64,000 nucleotides of DNA, from assembly GCA_965279525.1 (NCBI GenBank), contig CBDIIB010000005.1, positions 192,001 to 256,000 on the forward strand, written 5' to 3'. The notes under the pieces were generated by a model. It searched no databases. It worked only from the letters and a program-made list of their open reading frames with translations, and was not told the DNA's origin. Source of the DNA: Tagaea sp. GTDB lineage: Bacteria > Pseudomonadota > Alphaproteobacteria > CACIAM-22H2. Made by a program: the position numbers and the translations under genes. Below, one piece after another: positions 41,903-51,820 of the stretch (positions are counted from its first letter, which is position 1; each line of letters starts with the position of its first letter).

Positions 41903-43114
41903 ATGATGTACGCCCTCTACCAGTCCACCGTCGACGTCATGCGCCCGATGCGGGCCTGGGCAGCGGCTGCCGGCCGGGGATTTTCGCTGGGCAGTGCTGA
42001 AAGCTCCGAGCGGTGGCGGGCGATCAGCGCGCTTTGCGAGATGATGAGCCGGGCGGCCTTCAGCCACCGCCGGCCCGACTTCGATATCGACGAGGTCGTG
42101 TGCGGCAACGAGGCGGTGCCGGTCACGGAAGAAGTCGTGATGGCGACGCCGTTCTCGACCCTGCTGCGCTTCGCCAAGGAAGGTGCTCCGGTACAGCCCA
42201 AGGTGCTGCTGGTGGTGCCGCTTTCGGGGCACTTCGCCACGCTGCTGCGCGAGACGATCCGCGTGCTGCTGCCCGACCACGACGTCCACATCACCGACTG
42301 GGCCAACGCGCGCGACGTCGACATCGGGTACGGCCGCTTCGGATTCGACGAATATGTCGAACACATCATGCTGTTTCTCGAGAAGATGGGCCCGGGCACG
42401 CACGTCGTCGCGGTCTGCCAGCCTTGCGTGCAGACGCTGGCCGCCGCCGCCCTGATGGCCGAGGACGACAATCCGGCCCAGCCGCGCAGCATCACGCTGA
42501 TGGCGGGGCCGGTCGACTGCCGCGTCAATCCGACCAAGGTGAACAAGCTTGCCACGAGCAAGCCGATGTCCTGGTTCGAGACCAACCTGATCAGCCGCGT
42601 TCCGCTAAGCCACCCCGGCGCCCTGCGGCGGGTCTATCCGGGCTTCCTGCAGCTCACGGCCTTCATGAGCATGAACGCCGAGCGCCACATCAAGGCGCAG
42701 GGCGACCTGCTGCGCGCACTCGCCAAGGGCGACCACGCGCAGGCCAACACGATAAAGACCTTCTACGACGAGTATTTCGCCGTGCTCGACATGACGGCCG
42801 AGTTCTATCTCGAGACGGTCGAGCGCGTGTTCCAGAAATACCTGCTCGCCAAGGGCGAGCTCGAATGGCGGGGGCGCAAGGTCGATACCAAGGCGATCCG
42901 CCGCTCCGCACTGTTCACGGTCGAGGGCGAGCGCGACGACATCTGCGCGATCGGGCAGACCCTGGCGGCCCACGACCTCTGTTCCAGCCTGCGTCCCTAT
43001 CGCAAGAAGCACTACATGCAGGCCGGCGTCGGGCACTACGGCGTCTTCGCCGGAAAGCGCTGGGCCGGACAGATCTATCCTCTGGTGCGCAACACGATCC
43101 TGGCCAACGAATAG
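41903..43114 (+). CDS. phaZ: intracellular polyhydroxybutyrate depolymerase
   Basis: PLSGHFATLLR, HITDW, catalytic-Cys motif AVCQP, VEGERDDIC and GHYGVF. Confidence 0.93.
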   Translation: MMYALYQSTVDVMRPMRAWAAAAGRGFSLGSAESSERWRAISALCEMMSRAAFSHRRPDFDIDEVVCGNEAVPVTEEVVMATPFSTLLRFAKEGAPVQPKVLLVVPLSGHFATLLRETIRVLLPDHDVHITDWANARDVDIGYGRFGFDEYVEHIMLFLEKMGPGTHVVAVCQPCVQTLAAAALMAEDDNPAQPRSITLMAGPVDCRVNPTKVNKLATSKPMSWFETNLISRVPLSHPGALRRVYPGFLQLTAFMSMNAERHIKAQGDLLRALAKGDHAQANTIKTFYDEYFAVLDMTAEFYLETVERVFQKYLLAKGELEWRGRKVDTKAIRRSALFTVEGERDDICAIGQTLAAHDLCSSLRPYRKKHYMQAGVGHYGVFAGKRWAGQIYPLVRNTILANE

Positions 43115-43235
43115 CGGCACTTCTTTAGTGCATCTGCAAAATATTCAGGCGCTGCCGGTTCGCTTCAGTTCACAGATACAAAAATAAGGCAATTTTTTCA
43201 TACGGTTGCACATTATTTGACGTTGCATATAGACT

Positions 43236-43250
43236 TTGTGCGCTGCACAA
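43236..43250. promoter_or_regulatory. PhaR-like operator overlapping a sigma70-like promoter
   Basis: TTGTGC-GCT-GCACAA palindrome. Both strands fit TGCRNYGCASMA (PhaR consensus as I recall it). It overlaps TTGCAT-N17-CACAAT (43223-43251). Confidence 0.65.
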
Positions 43251-43283
43251 TAATTTGAGACGCCGGAGCGAATGGAGAGTGCC

Positions 43284-44405
43284 ATGAGCGTGCATGCTGC
43301 GGTCGATTTCAAATTGCACGGACTTGCGCGCCCGGCTGGCGATCCTCTCCGCCTGAACCGGCAGGATTTCATCGCCATCGACCGCAACAGGGATGCCGAG
43401 TACACGGCCACATACCGCCCGCAGGCACTCTACAACCGGGCCGAAAACGGTTTTCGCGCGAACAACGAGACCTTCCTGCTGCACGAGGTCGCCACCGACC
43501 TTCCGATCCACCATCCGGACACCGGCCCGACCGACTTCCATCTCCACCTTCCCCCGGGCGGCTTCCAGCTCGTACTGGTCACGTCGGGCGTGTTCGCCTT
43601 CGATTACGACGGGCGCGTCTGCTACGTCGGACCCGGTGCCGTGATGCTGCAAAGCGCCATCGTGCATCGCCAGCTTTTCTACACATGGTCGGGGATGCCG
43701 ACGGGCGAGAACCTGAAGACGCCGCAGACGGTCGTGCCGGAGCCGGTGGCACTGGGCTACTCCGGCAAGTTTCTCGAAGCCTTCATAACCGACCCGACGT
43801 GCTTCCCGAACCCGACGATCGTCGATACCGATCACATCGACGAAACCGAAACGCCGCACCTGGCGTGGAGCCATCGCCTGCACGATCGGCCACCGGGTGC
43901 CTGCTTCTGGCTCCAGGACCCGCTGGCGCTCGACGCGCTCTACAGGAAACTGCCGGACGCGGCCGTCTATGTCCGCGATCTGGGGATCGAGGCCCCGAGC
44001 GGCCACCTGGTGACAGGCCACATCATCGCGACGGATCCGCGCGGCCAGTCGCTGCTGCCGAAAAGCAGCGCAGGTCCGGCGGACACTGCGGATTTCGCGA
44101 AGGGCGAAGTCGTCATCTATCGCGTCATCCGCGGCTCGGCGACGTTCAAGGATCGCGACGGGAAGGATTTCGAGCTTGCGACGGGCGATTCGGTCACGGC
44201 CGGCAGGAACGCGATCGAGCTCGTCCGTCTCGACGAGAACACGCAGGTCCTGCGCCTCGGCCTTCTGGACGGCATGGAGAAGCTTCGCGGCTGGACGCCG
44301 GCACAGCGCGACGAGATCGACGGTCTCGGCGGCCGGATCATCGCGCGCAAGGAAGTCCGTCCCCGACGGACTGAAGGCGAGCCGATCGGATATCTTTACG
44401 GATAG
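43284..44405 (+). CDS. uncharacterised tandem-cupin-like protein
   Basis: FHLH..FQLVLVTSG..F.YDG..GPG.VMLQ..IVHRQ (cupin metal motif), YVRDLGI, and a second His-less cupin-like stretch. GGAG upstream of ATG 43284 (alternative 43272). Confidence 0.65.
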   Translation: MSVHAAVDFKLHGLARPAGDPLRLNRQDFIAIDRNRDAEYTATYRPQALYNRAENGFRANNETFLLHEVATDLPIHHPDTGPTDFHLHLPPGGFQLVLVTSGVFAFDYDGRVCYVGPGAVMLQSAIVHRQLFYTWSGMPTGENLKTPQTVVPEPVALGYSGKFLEAFITDPTCFPNPTIVDTDHIDETETPHLAWSHRLHDRPPGACFWLQDPLALDALYRKLPDAAVYVRDLGIEAPSGHLVTGHIIATDPRGQSLLPKSSAGPADTADFAKGEVVIYRVIRGSATFKDRDGKDFELATGDSVTAGRNAIELVRLDENTQVLRLGLLDGMEKLRGWTPAQRDEIDGLGGRIIARKEVRPRRTEGEPIGYLYG

Positions 44406-44417
44406 CGGTCCGCCGCC

Positions 44418-46127
44418 CTAGCCAGGCCTGCGGTGCCCCGGCAGCGGCGTCTTGCGCAGGAAGTTGAAGTCGCAGCCGTGCTCGGCCTGCAGGACCTCGT
44501 CAAAATAGAGCCCGTAATAGCCGCGTTCGGGTTGCGCCGGTGCGGACCAACCCTTGCGGCGTTCGGCGAGCGTCGCCGCGTCGACGCGAAGCTCGATGGT
44601 GCCCGCTTCCACGTCGAGCGCGATGCGGTCGCCGTCGCGCACAAGCGCCAGCGGTCCGCCGTCGGCGCATTCGGGGCTGACATGCAGCACGATCGTGCCG
44701 AAGGCCGTGCCGCTCATGCGCGCGTCGGACAGGCGCACCATGTCGGTGACGCCGGCGGCGGCAAGCTTCTTCGGGATCGGCAGGTAGCCCGCCTCCGGCA
44801 TGCCCGGTGCGCCCTTCGGGCCGGCGTTCTGCAGGACGAGCACGTCGTCTGCCGTCACATCCAGATCCGGGCTGTCGACGCGGTCGGCCATGTCGGCCAG
44901 CGACGTGAACACGACCGCGCGACCCTCGTGCTTCAGCAGCCGCTTCGTGGCGGCCGCCTGCTTGATGAGCGCACCGTTGGGCGCAAGGTTGCCGCGCAGC
45001 ACGCGCAGCCCGCCGCCCTTGTGGATCGGGTCCAAGACTGACCGGACCACGTCCTGCTTCCAGCCGGGTGGCGTACGCGGGATCGTCGATGCCAGCGTCC
45101 CGCCGGTGACAGTAAGGCAGTCGGTATTCAGGTCTGCCTCGATCTCGCGCAGGATCGGACCGAGCCCGCCGACCTTGTGCAGGTCCTCCATGTAATGCTG
45201 GCCCGAGGGCTTGAGGTCGACGAGCACGGGCGTTTCCACGCCCATCCGGTCGAACGCGGCATAGTCGATATCGATGCCCAGTCGCCCGGCCATCGCCGCA
45301 AGGTGGATGAGCCCGTTGGTCGAACCGCCGATCGCCTGCAGCACGCGCAACGCGTTGTCGAAGGATTCCTTCGTCATGATCTTCGAGGGCCGCAGGTCCT
45401 CCTTGGCCATCGCGACGGCGCGTGCGCCGGTCGCCTCGCCGTGGCGCAGGCGGTCGGCGTGGACCGCCGGGATGCACGCGCCACCGGGAAGCATCATGCC
45501 CAGCGCTTCGGCGCACAGCGCCATCGTGCTGGCCGTTCCCATGACCATGCAGGTCCCGGGGCCGGGGGCGAGCTGGTCGTTGATCTCGTCGATCTCCGCC
45601 TGGTCGATCTGCCCCGCCCGGTGCTTGCCCCACAGGCGGCGGCAGTCGGTGCACGCCCCCAGCCGCTCGCCCTTGTGGCTGCCGGTGATCATCGGCCCGG
45701 TCACGGTCAGGATCGCCGGCACGTCGGCGCTGGCCGCCCCCATCAGCAGGGCCGGCACCGTCTTGTCGCAGCCGCCGATCAGCACGACGGCATCCATGGG
45801 CTGGGCGCGGATCATCTCCTCGGCCGCCATCGCCATCAGGTTGCGCAGGAACATGCTGGTCGGGTGCGAGAAGGATTCGTGGATCGAGATGATCGGAAAG
45901 TCGATCGGCAGCCCGCCCGCCAGCATCACGCCGCGCTTGATCGCGTCGATCAGCTCGGGGACGTTGCGGTGGCAGGCGTTGTACGAGGAATAGGTATCGG
46001 TGATGCCGACGATCGGCCGGTCGAGCGCATCGTCGGAATAGCCCATCGCCTTGATGAAGGCCTTGCGCAAGAACAGCGAGAAACCCGCATCGCCGTACTG
46101 CGCCAGCCCTTTCTTCATGCCTTTCAT
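44418..46127 (-). CDS. IlvD/Edd family dehydratase
   Basis: NACH, GGCDKT, GTCMVMGTASTM, GGSTN, GPKGAPGMPE, SDARMSGT and HVSPE motifs. Confidence 0.94.
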   Translation of the reverse strand: MKGMKKGLAQYGDAGFSLFLRKAFIKAMGYSDDALDRPIVGITDTYSSYNACHRNVPELIDAIKRGVMLAGGLPIDFPIISIHESFSHPTSMFLRNLMAMAAEEMIRAQPMDAVVLIGGCDKTVPALLMGAASADVPAILTVTGPMITGSHKGERLGACTDCRRLWGKHRAGQIDQAEIDEINDQLAPGPGTCMVMGTASTMALCAEALGMMLPGGACIPAVHADRLRHGEATGARAVAMAKEDLRPSKIMTKESFDNALRVLQAIGGSTNGLIHLAAMAGRLGIDIDYAAFDRMGVETPVLVDLKPSGQHYMEDLHKVGGLGPILREIEADLNTDCLTVTGGTLASTIPRTPPGWKQDVVRSVLDPIHKGGGLRVLRGNLAPNGALIKQAAATKRLLKHEGRAVVFTSLADMADRVDSPDLDVTADDVLVLQNAGPKGAPGMPEAGYLPIPKKLAAAGVTDMVRLSDARMSGTAFGTIVLHVSPECADGGPLALVRDGDRIALDVEAGTIELRVDAATLAERRKGWSAPAQPERGYYGLYFDEVLQAEHGCDFNFLRKTPLPGHRRPG

Positions 46128-46289
46128 GACGTTGCTCGCTTTCCTTGCCGGCCGCAGCGGGCCCCGATGGGTAGATTCCGGCCCTGCCGGTGCCAGTGGC
46201 AAACCGCCATGTTCGGGCGTCGGGCGGGTCGAATTCCCGGTCGACTGCGACGGCCCCGGAAAGGGCCGAACTCTGTCGGAGACGCGAAA

Positions 46290-46850
46290 ATGCCCGTGAA
46301 CGATTCGGTCGTGGCGATATACGAGACGCACGACGGCGCCGAAACGGGCGTGCGGCGCCTGTCGGCTGCCGGATTCGACATGGAAGACCTCAGCATCGTG
46401 GGCAAAGGATACCATACCGAGGAGAAAGTGGTCGGCTTCTACAATGTCGGCGAACGTGTCGATCTGTGGGCGAAGCGCGGCGCCTATTGGGGCGGCATGT
46501 GCGGCCTCTTTATCGCCGGCATGACGGTCACGATCCCCGCCGTCGGCGGCGTCGTCGTCCTCGGGTTCCTGACGTCCGCCTTGTCGGCGACGCTGCAAGG
46601 CGCGCTCGTGGCCGGCGGCGTCAGCGCGCTGGGTGCGGCATTCTACAGCGTCGGCATTCCGGAGGATTCAGTGATCGAATACGAGACGGCACTGAAGGCG
46701 GACCGTTTTCTCGTCCTGGTCAACGGCGATGCCGAGGCGATCGCGCGCGCGGACGCCGTGCTCTCCGGATCGAACCTCATCCGCATCCACCGGCATGCGA
46801 ATGCCGGGACCGGCGAGCGGAACGGAAAGCTCCTTTCCATCACGGCCTGA
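46290..46850 (+). CDS. general stress protein 17M / DUF1269-like membrane protein
   Basis: VVAIYETH..AE..V..L...GFDM..LSIVGKGYHTEEKVVGFYN and Gly-rich TM segment. Confidence 0.8.
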   Translation: MPVNDSVVAIYETHDGAETGVRRLSAAGFDMEDLSIVGKGYHTEEKVVGFYNVGERVDLWAKRGAYWGGMCGLFIAGMTVTIPAVGGVVVLGFLTSALSATLQGALVAGGVSALGAAFYSVGIPEDSVIEYETALKADRFLVLVNGDAEAIARADAVLSGSNLIRIHRHANAGTGERNGKLLSITA

Positions 46851-46866
46851 AATCCCGGGCCGGCGC

Positions 46867-48486
46867 TCAAATGTGCAGGCCGGGCGCTTCCTGGCCGGTG
46901 CGGGCCACGTATTCGGTATAGCCGCCGTCGTAGCGGTGGATGCCTTCGGGCGTCAGTTCGAGCACGCGGTTGGAGAGTGCGGCGAGGAAGCGCCGGTCGT
47001 GCGAGACGAACAGCATCGTGCCCTCGTAGTCCGACAGGGCCGCGATCAGCATCTCCTTGGTCGCCATGTCGAGATGGTTGGTCGGCTCGTCGAGCACCAG
47101 GAAGTTCGGCGGATCGTAGAGCATCTTCGCCATCACGAGGCGCGCCTTCTCGCCGCCCGACAGCACGCGGCACTTCTTCTCCACCTCGTCGCCGGAAAAT
47201 CCGAAGCAGCCCGCAAGCGTGCGCAGCGACCCCTGGCCCGCGCGCGGGAACGAGTCCTCCAGCGATTCGAAGACCGTGCGGTCTCCGTCCAGCAGGTCCA
47301 TCGCGTGCTGCGCGAAATAGCCCATCTTGACGCTGCCGCCGATCGCCACGCTGCCCTCGTCGGGCTTCGTGGCGCCGGCGACGAGCTTCAGCAGCGTGGA
47401 CTTGCCCGCCCCATTGACGCCGAGCACGCAGCAGCGCTCCCGGCGACGGACCGTATAGTCGAGCGCCTCGTAGATGATCCGGTCGCCGTAGCGCTTGTGG
47501 ACGTTGCGCAGATTGACCACGTCGTCGCCCGAGCGTGGCGCCGGCATGAAATCGAACGACACAGTCTGGCGGCGCTTGGGCGGTTCGACCCGGTCGATCT
47601 TCTCGAGCTTCTTGACGCGGCTCTGCACCTGGGCGGCGTGCGAGGCGCGCGCCTTGAACCGCTCGATGAACTTGATCTCCTTGGCAAGCATCGCCTGCTG
47701 GCGCTCGAACTGGGCCTGTTGCTGCTTTTCGTTCTGCGCGCGCTGCATCTCGTAGAATTCGTAGTCGCCCGAGTACGTCGTCAGCGTGCCGCCGTCGATC
47801 TCGATCACCTTCGTGACGATGCGGTTCATGAACTCGCGGTCGTGCGAGGTCATCATCAAGGCACCGTCATAGCCCTTGAGGAACGCCTCGAGCCAGATGA
47901 GGCTTTCGAGATCGAGATGGTTGCTCGGCTCGTCGAGCAGCATCACGTCCGGGCGCATCAGCAGGATGCGGGCCAGCGCCACGCGCATCTTCCAGCCGCC
48001 CGACAGGGCGCCCACGTCGCCGTCCATCATCTCCTGGCTGAAGCTGAGGCCGGCGAGCGTCTCGCGCGCGCGGCTCTCCAGCGCGTAGCCGCCCAGTTCC
48101 TCGAAGCGGGCCTGCACCTCGCCGAAGCGTTCGAGGACCTGCTCGAAATCGTCGGCGTCCGGATCGGCCATGCGGGCCTCGAGCGCCTTCAGCTCGGCCG
48201 CCACGCCGCTTACGGCACCGGCCCCGTCCATCACCTCGGCAACGGCGCTGCGCCCCGACATCTCGCCCACGTCTTGGCTGAAATAGCCGATGGAGATGCC
48301 GCGGTCGGTCGAGACCTGACCCTCGTCGGGCTGCTCGCGCCCGGCGATCATGCGGAAGATCGTCGTCTTGCCGGCCCCGTTGGGACCGACGAGCCCGACC
48401 TTCTCGCCCTTGAGGAGGGCGGCCGACGCCTCGATGAAAAGAAGCTGCTGGCCGTTCTGCTTGCTGATGTTGTCGAGGCGAATCAT
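46867..48486 (-). CDS. ABC-F family ATPase
   Basis: Two ABC cassettes (GPNGAGKT/LSGGWKMR/LDEPSNHLD and GVNGAGKS/LSGGEKAR/LDEPTNHLD), no TM segments. Confidence 0.95.
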   Translation of the reverse strand: MIRLDNISKQNGQQLLFIEASAALLKGEKVGLVGPNGAGKTTIFRMIAGREQPDEGQVSTDRGISIGYFSQDVGEMSGRSAVAEVMDGAGAVSGVAAELKALEARMADPDADDFEQVLERFGEVQARFEELGGYALESRARETLAGLSFSQEMMDGDVGALSGGWKMRVALARILLMRPDVMLLDEPSNHLDLESLIWLEAFLKGYDGALMMTSHDREFMNRIVTKVIEIDGGTLTTYSGDYEFYEMQRAQNEKQQQAQFERQQAMLAKEIKFIERFKARASHAAQVQSRVKKLEKIDRVEPPKRRQTVSFDFMPAPRSGDDVVNLRNVHKRYGDRIIYEALDYTVRRRERCCVLGVNGAGKSTLLKLVAGATKPDEGSVAIGGSVKMGYFAQHAMDLLDGDRTVFESLEDSFPRAGQGSLRTLAGCFGFSGDEVEKKCRVLSGGEKARLVMAKMLYDPPNFLVLDEPTNHLDMATKEMLIAALSDYEGTMLFVSHDRRFLAALSNRVLELTPEGIHRYDGGYTEYVARTGQEAPGLHI

Positions 48487-48553
48487 GCGTTCCTGCACTC
48501 CAAGGCGCGGAACTTAGACAGTCGGGCCCGAGCCCGTCCATTCCTTTAAGCGG

Positions 48554-49642
48554 TCAGGCGGCGCGTGCCAGCATCCCGCCGGGCATCGGATGCGGGACGC
48601 CCGTGGTGGTGGGAAGGCTCAGCGGCAGCCCGCGCAGCGAGCGCACGGCGAGGAAGGCGAAGAGTTCGGCTTCGAGATCGTCGCCGTTCCAGCCCACCGC
48701 CTCGACCGGATCGACCGGCACGCCGAGCCGGCGGGCAAGCCCGGTCATGAACACGCCATTGAGCCGCCCGCCGCCGGTCACCAGCCAGCGCCCCGGTGCT
48801 GCCGGAACATGTGCAAGGGCGGCGGCGGCGGCCTCGATCGTGAAGGCGGCGAGCGTGGCGGCCCCGTCGGCGTCGTCGAGCGCTTCGACGATCTTCGCGC
48901 GCGCGTGGAAATCGTTGCGGTCGAGCGATTTCGGCGGCCTCGCCGCGAAAAACGGATTGGCCATCAGCCCGGCAAGCACGCCGTCGTCGACGCGGCCGGA
49001 CGCGGCAAGCCGGCCGCCCTCGTCGAACGGCTGGCCGCGCCGGCGGCGCACGAAATCGTCGAGCAGGGCCGATGCGGGGCCGGTATCGAACGCGATCGTC
49101 GCTTCGGCATCCACGTAGGTGACGTTGCCCACGCCGCCCAGATTGAGGACCATTACCGGCTTGGCAAGATCCGCCGCGAGTGCGCGATGATAAAGCGGTG
49201 CGAACGGCGCGCCCTGCCCGCCCGCCGCCACGTCGGCGTCGCGAAAGCGCGTGACGACGTCGATGCCGAGTGCGCGTGCCGCGCGCTGCCCGTCGCAGAG
49301 CTGGCGGGTGAAGCGGCGCTCCGGCCGGTGCCAGACGGTCTGCCCGTGCATCCCCACGACCGTCACGTCGCGCCGGTCGATCGCGAAATCGGCGATCAAC
49401 GCCTCGATGGCCCCGACATGGGCGTCGGTCACGCGGGCTTCCAGTTCGGTCAGCGGATCGCGCTCGGCCAAGGCCGGATCGCGCAGAAAGTCGAGGAGTT
49501 CGGCGCGTAGCGCCGCCGGATAGGGATAGGACCGCCCGATGCCCGGCCGCTCGACGCGCTCGCCGTCAGTCGACAGGCACGCGACGTCGATCCCGTCCAT
49601 CGACGTGCCGCTGATGACGCCGATCGCGAAGACTTTTGTCAT
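48554..49642 (-). CDS. anmK: anhydro-N-acetylmuramic acid kinase
   Basis: GVISGTSMDGID, HGQTVWH, D.AAGGQGAP, NLGGVGN, FDTGP and PPKSLDR motifs. Confidence 0.94.
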   Translation of the reverse strand: MTKVFAIGVISGTSMDGIDVACLSTDGERVERPGIGRSYPYPAALRAELLDFLRDPALAERDPLTELEARVTDAHVGAIEALIADFAIDRRDVTVVGMHGQTVWHRPERRFTRQLCDGQRAARALGIDVVTRFRDADVAAGGQGAPFAPLYHRALAADLAKPVMVLNLGGVGNVTYVDAEATIAFDTGPASALLDDFVRRRRGQPFDEGGRLAASGRVDDGVLAGLMANPFFAARPPKSLDRNDFHARAKIVEALDDADGAATLAAFTIEAAAAALAHVPAAPGRWLVTGGGRLNGVFMTGLARRLGVPVDPVEAVGWNGDDLEAELFAFLAVRSLRGLPLSLPTTTGVPHPMPGGMLARAA

Positions 49643-50532
49643 TTCGACACCGCGTGCATCGCGGCGAGTGCCGCACGCAGGTTGCCGCGATGGCGCTTCA
49701 GCAGGGTGCGTGCGCCGGCAAGTCCGATGCCCGCGCGCAGCAGGACAGCCAGCTTGATGTCGCCGCCGGCTGCGTCGAGCGCCTTTTGCGCCTGCGCCGC
49801 TGTCCCGCCGCCGAGGTCGGCGACCATTGCCGCGGCACGCAGACGAAGCTTGGCGTTGGACGGCCGCATGTTGACCATGAGCCCGCGATGGACGCGGCCC
49901 AGCCGCACCATGATGGCGCTCGACATGAGGTTCAGCGCCGCCTTCTGGGCGGTGCCGGCCTTCATGCGCGTGGAGCCCGCGATGACTTCGCCGCCGGTCT
50001 CCAGGAGGACCGGATATGCCGCGGCCTTGAGAAGCGGGGTGCCCGGATTGTTCGCGATTGCTATCGTGACGGCCTTGCGTACCCGTGCGGCCCGCAAGGC
50101 GGCAAGCGTGAACGGCGTGCGCCCGCTTGCCGCGACGCCGATGACCACGTCCGCCGGCCGGACGCGGGCGGCCGAAATCGCGCGCGCACCGGCGCGCGCG
50201 TCGTCTTCGGCACCTTCGGCGCTTTTCGTCATCGCGCGGGGCCCGCCGGCCAAGACGAAGACGAGGCGCTTTTCCGGCCAGCCGAATGTCGGCGGCAGCT
50301 CCGCCCCGTCCTGCACGGCGATGCGGCCCGACGTGCCGGCACCGACATAGATCAGGCGACCCTTCTCCCCAAGCGTCGCGACCGCGGCGGCCACCGCGCG
50401 CGCGATGGCCGGCAGCGCCGGACGGACGGACGCGACGGCAGCCGCCTGGCCCTCCCACATGGCTTCGAGCGCCTCGGCGACGGGCCAGGCGTCGAGATCA
50501 AGAAAGCGGGTGTCCGGGTTTTCGGTCGTCAT
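49639..50532 (-). CDS. murQ: N-acetylmuramic acid 6-phosphate etherase
   Basis: TTE..., GAGTSGR, D.AELPPTFG, EGAED, AASGRTP and GSTRMKAGTAQK motifs. Confidence 0.92.
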   Translation of the reverse strand: MTTENPDTRFLDLDAWPVAEALEAMWEGQAAAVASVRPALPAIARAVAAAVATLGEKGRLIYVGAGTSGRIAVQDGAELPPTFGWPEKRLVFVLAGGPRAMTKSAEGAEDDARAGARAISAARVRPADVVIGVAASGRTPFTLAALRAARVRKAVTIAIANNPGTPLLKAAAYPVLLETGGEVIAGSTRMKAGTAQKAALNLMSSAIMVRLGRVHRGLMVNMRPSNAKLRLRAAAMVADLGGGTAAQAQKALDAAGGDIKLAVLLRAGIGLAGARTLLKRHRGNLRAALAAMHAVSK

Positions 50533-50623
50533 GTCGGTGCCTGTGATCGTCCGGTACCGCAATATAGCGTTTCGCCGCTCGGGCAATATCTCTTTTGGCG
50601 CCATCTCATTCCGGGCTGGCGCA

Positions 50624-51820
50624 TCAGCGCTCCTCGGGCGGTTTCACGTGGCGGAACTGGCGCAGCAGCAGCAGGTCGTAGACGATCTTCAGCGTGCCGC
50701 AGATCACGAGCGGCCACGCCCGGTGCGCGGCGGCGAACAGCGCCCCTGCCAGTGCCGGGCTGAGTGCTGCGGCCAGGCTGCGCGGAACAGACGTGAAGCT
50801 CGCCGCCGCCGGGCGTTCGGCCGCGCTGACGACCGCCATCACGTAGGACGAGCGCGTCGGCACGTCCATCTGGGAAAGGGCCGCGCGCACGAGCAGCAGC
50901 GCCAGCGCGACCGGCAGCGTGGGCGCCAGTGCTGCGAGGATCAGCGCGATGCTGGCCGGGATGTGCGTGAACACCATCGTGTTGATGAGCCCGATGCGCG
51001 CCGACAGCCACGCGGCCACCGGGAACGAGAATGCCGCGAACACGCCCGACCAGAAGAAGAAAACGCCGGCCGCCGCGAGCGACATGTCGAACGTCTCGAA
51101 CAGCCACAAGGCGAGCAGCGACTGCACGACGAACCCGCCGGCGAAGGCATCGAGACTGAACAGGATGGCAAGGCGCACGACGATCGGGCGCGACGGACCG
51201 AGCGCCGGTGCCGGTCCGGATTCCGCCGCCGGCTCGCGCTGCGGGATGCGCGAATAGAGAAAGCCGCCCGCCACCCCCAGTACCGCATAGAGGACGAACA
51301 TTCCCTTGATCGCCGCCATCTCGCCGATGCCCAACGGCGCCAGCAGGTCGGGAACGGCGGCGGCAAGCGCGCCGACGGCACCGGCCAGCGCGCCGGCAAG
51401 GCTGTAGCGCGCGAACATCTTCGTACGGCCGGCATCGGTGACATGCCGGGAAAGGGCCGCATGCTCGAGCGGCACGAACACGCTGACGCTGCCGCCCGAC
51501 GGATTGACGGTGCCCGCGAAGGCGACGAGCAGCAGCAGCGCATAGTCGTGGACGAGCGACATCGCCACGCCGGTGGCGATCATCAGGCCGGCGGCGGCGA
51601 TCAGCAGACGGCGGGTGTCGTAGCGTCCGCCGACCATCCCGACGCCGATCGTCAGCAGCGCCGAGCCGAGCAGCGAAGCCGTCGCCACGACCCCGACCTG
51701 CAGCGTGTCGAGGCCGAGTGCGAGCAGATAGACCGGCAGAAGGACCGCCACGAAGCCGTCGGCGAAGTCGCGCAGCGCCCTCGCCGACAGCAGATACAGC
51801 AGCGGCCGGTCGGCCGTCAG
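50624..51820 (-). CDS. MFS transporter
   Basis: About 12 hydrophobic segments; RALRDFADGF, FSLDAFAGG, GLINTMVFTHIP and SQMDVPTR motifs. Start codon uncertain (CTG overlapping the upstream TGA). Confidence 0.85.
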   Translation of the reverse strand: MTADRPLLYLLSARALRDFADGFVAVLLPVYLLALGLDTLQVGVVATASLLGSALLTIGVGMVGGRYDTRRLLIAAAGLMIATGVAMSLVHDYALLLLVAFAGTVNPSGGSVSVFVPLEHAALSRHVTDAGRTKMFARYSLAGALAGAVGALAAAVPDLLAPLGIGEMAAIKGMFVLYAVLGVAGGFLYSRIPQREPAAESGPAPALGPSRPIVVRLAILFSLDAFAGGFVVQSLLALWLFETFDMSLAAAGVFFFWSGVFAAFSFPVAAWLSARIGLINTMVFTHIPASIALILAALAPTLPVALALLLVRAALSQMDVPTRSSYVMAVVSAAERPAAASFTSVPRSLAAALSPALAGALFAAAHRAWPLVICGTLKIVYDLLLLRQFRHVKPPEER

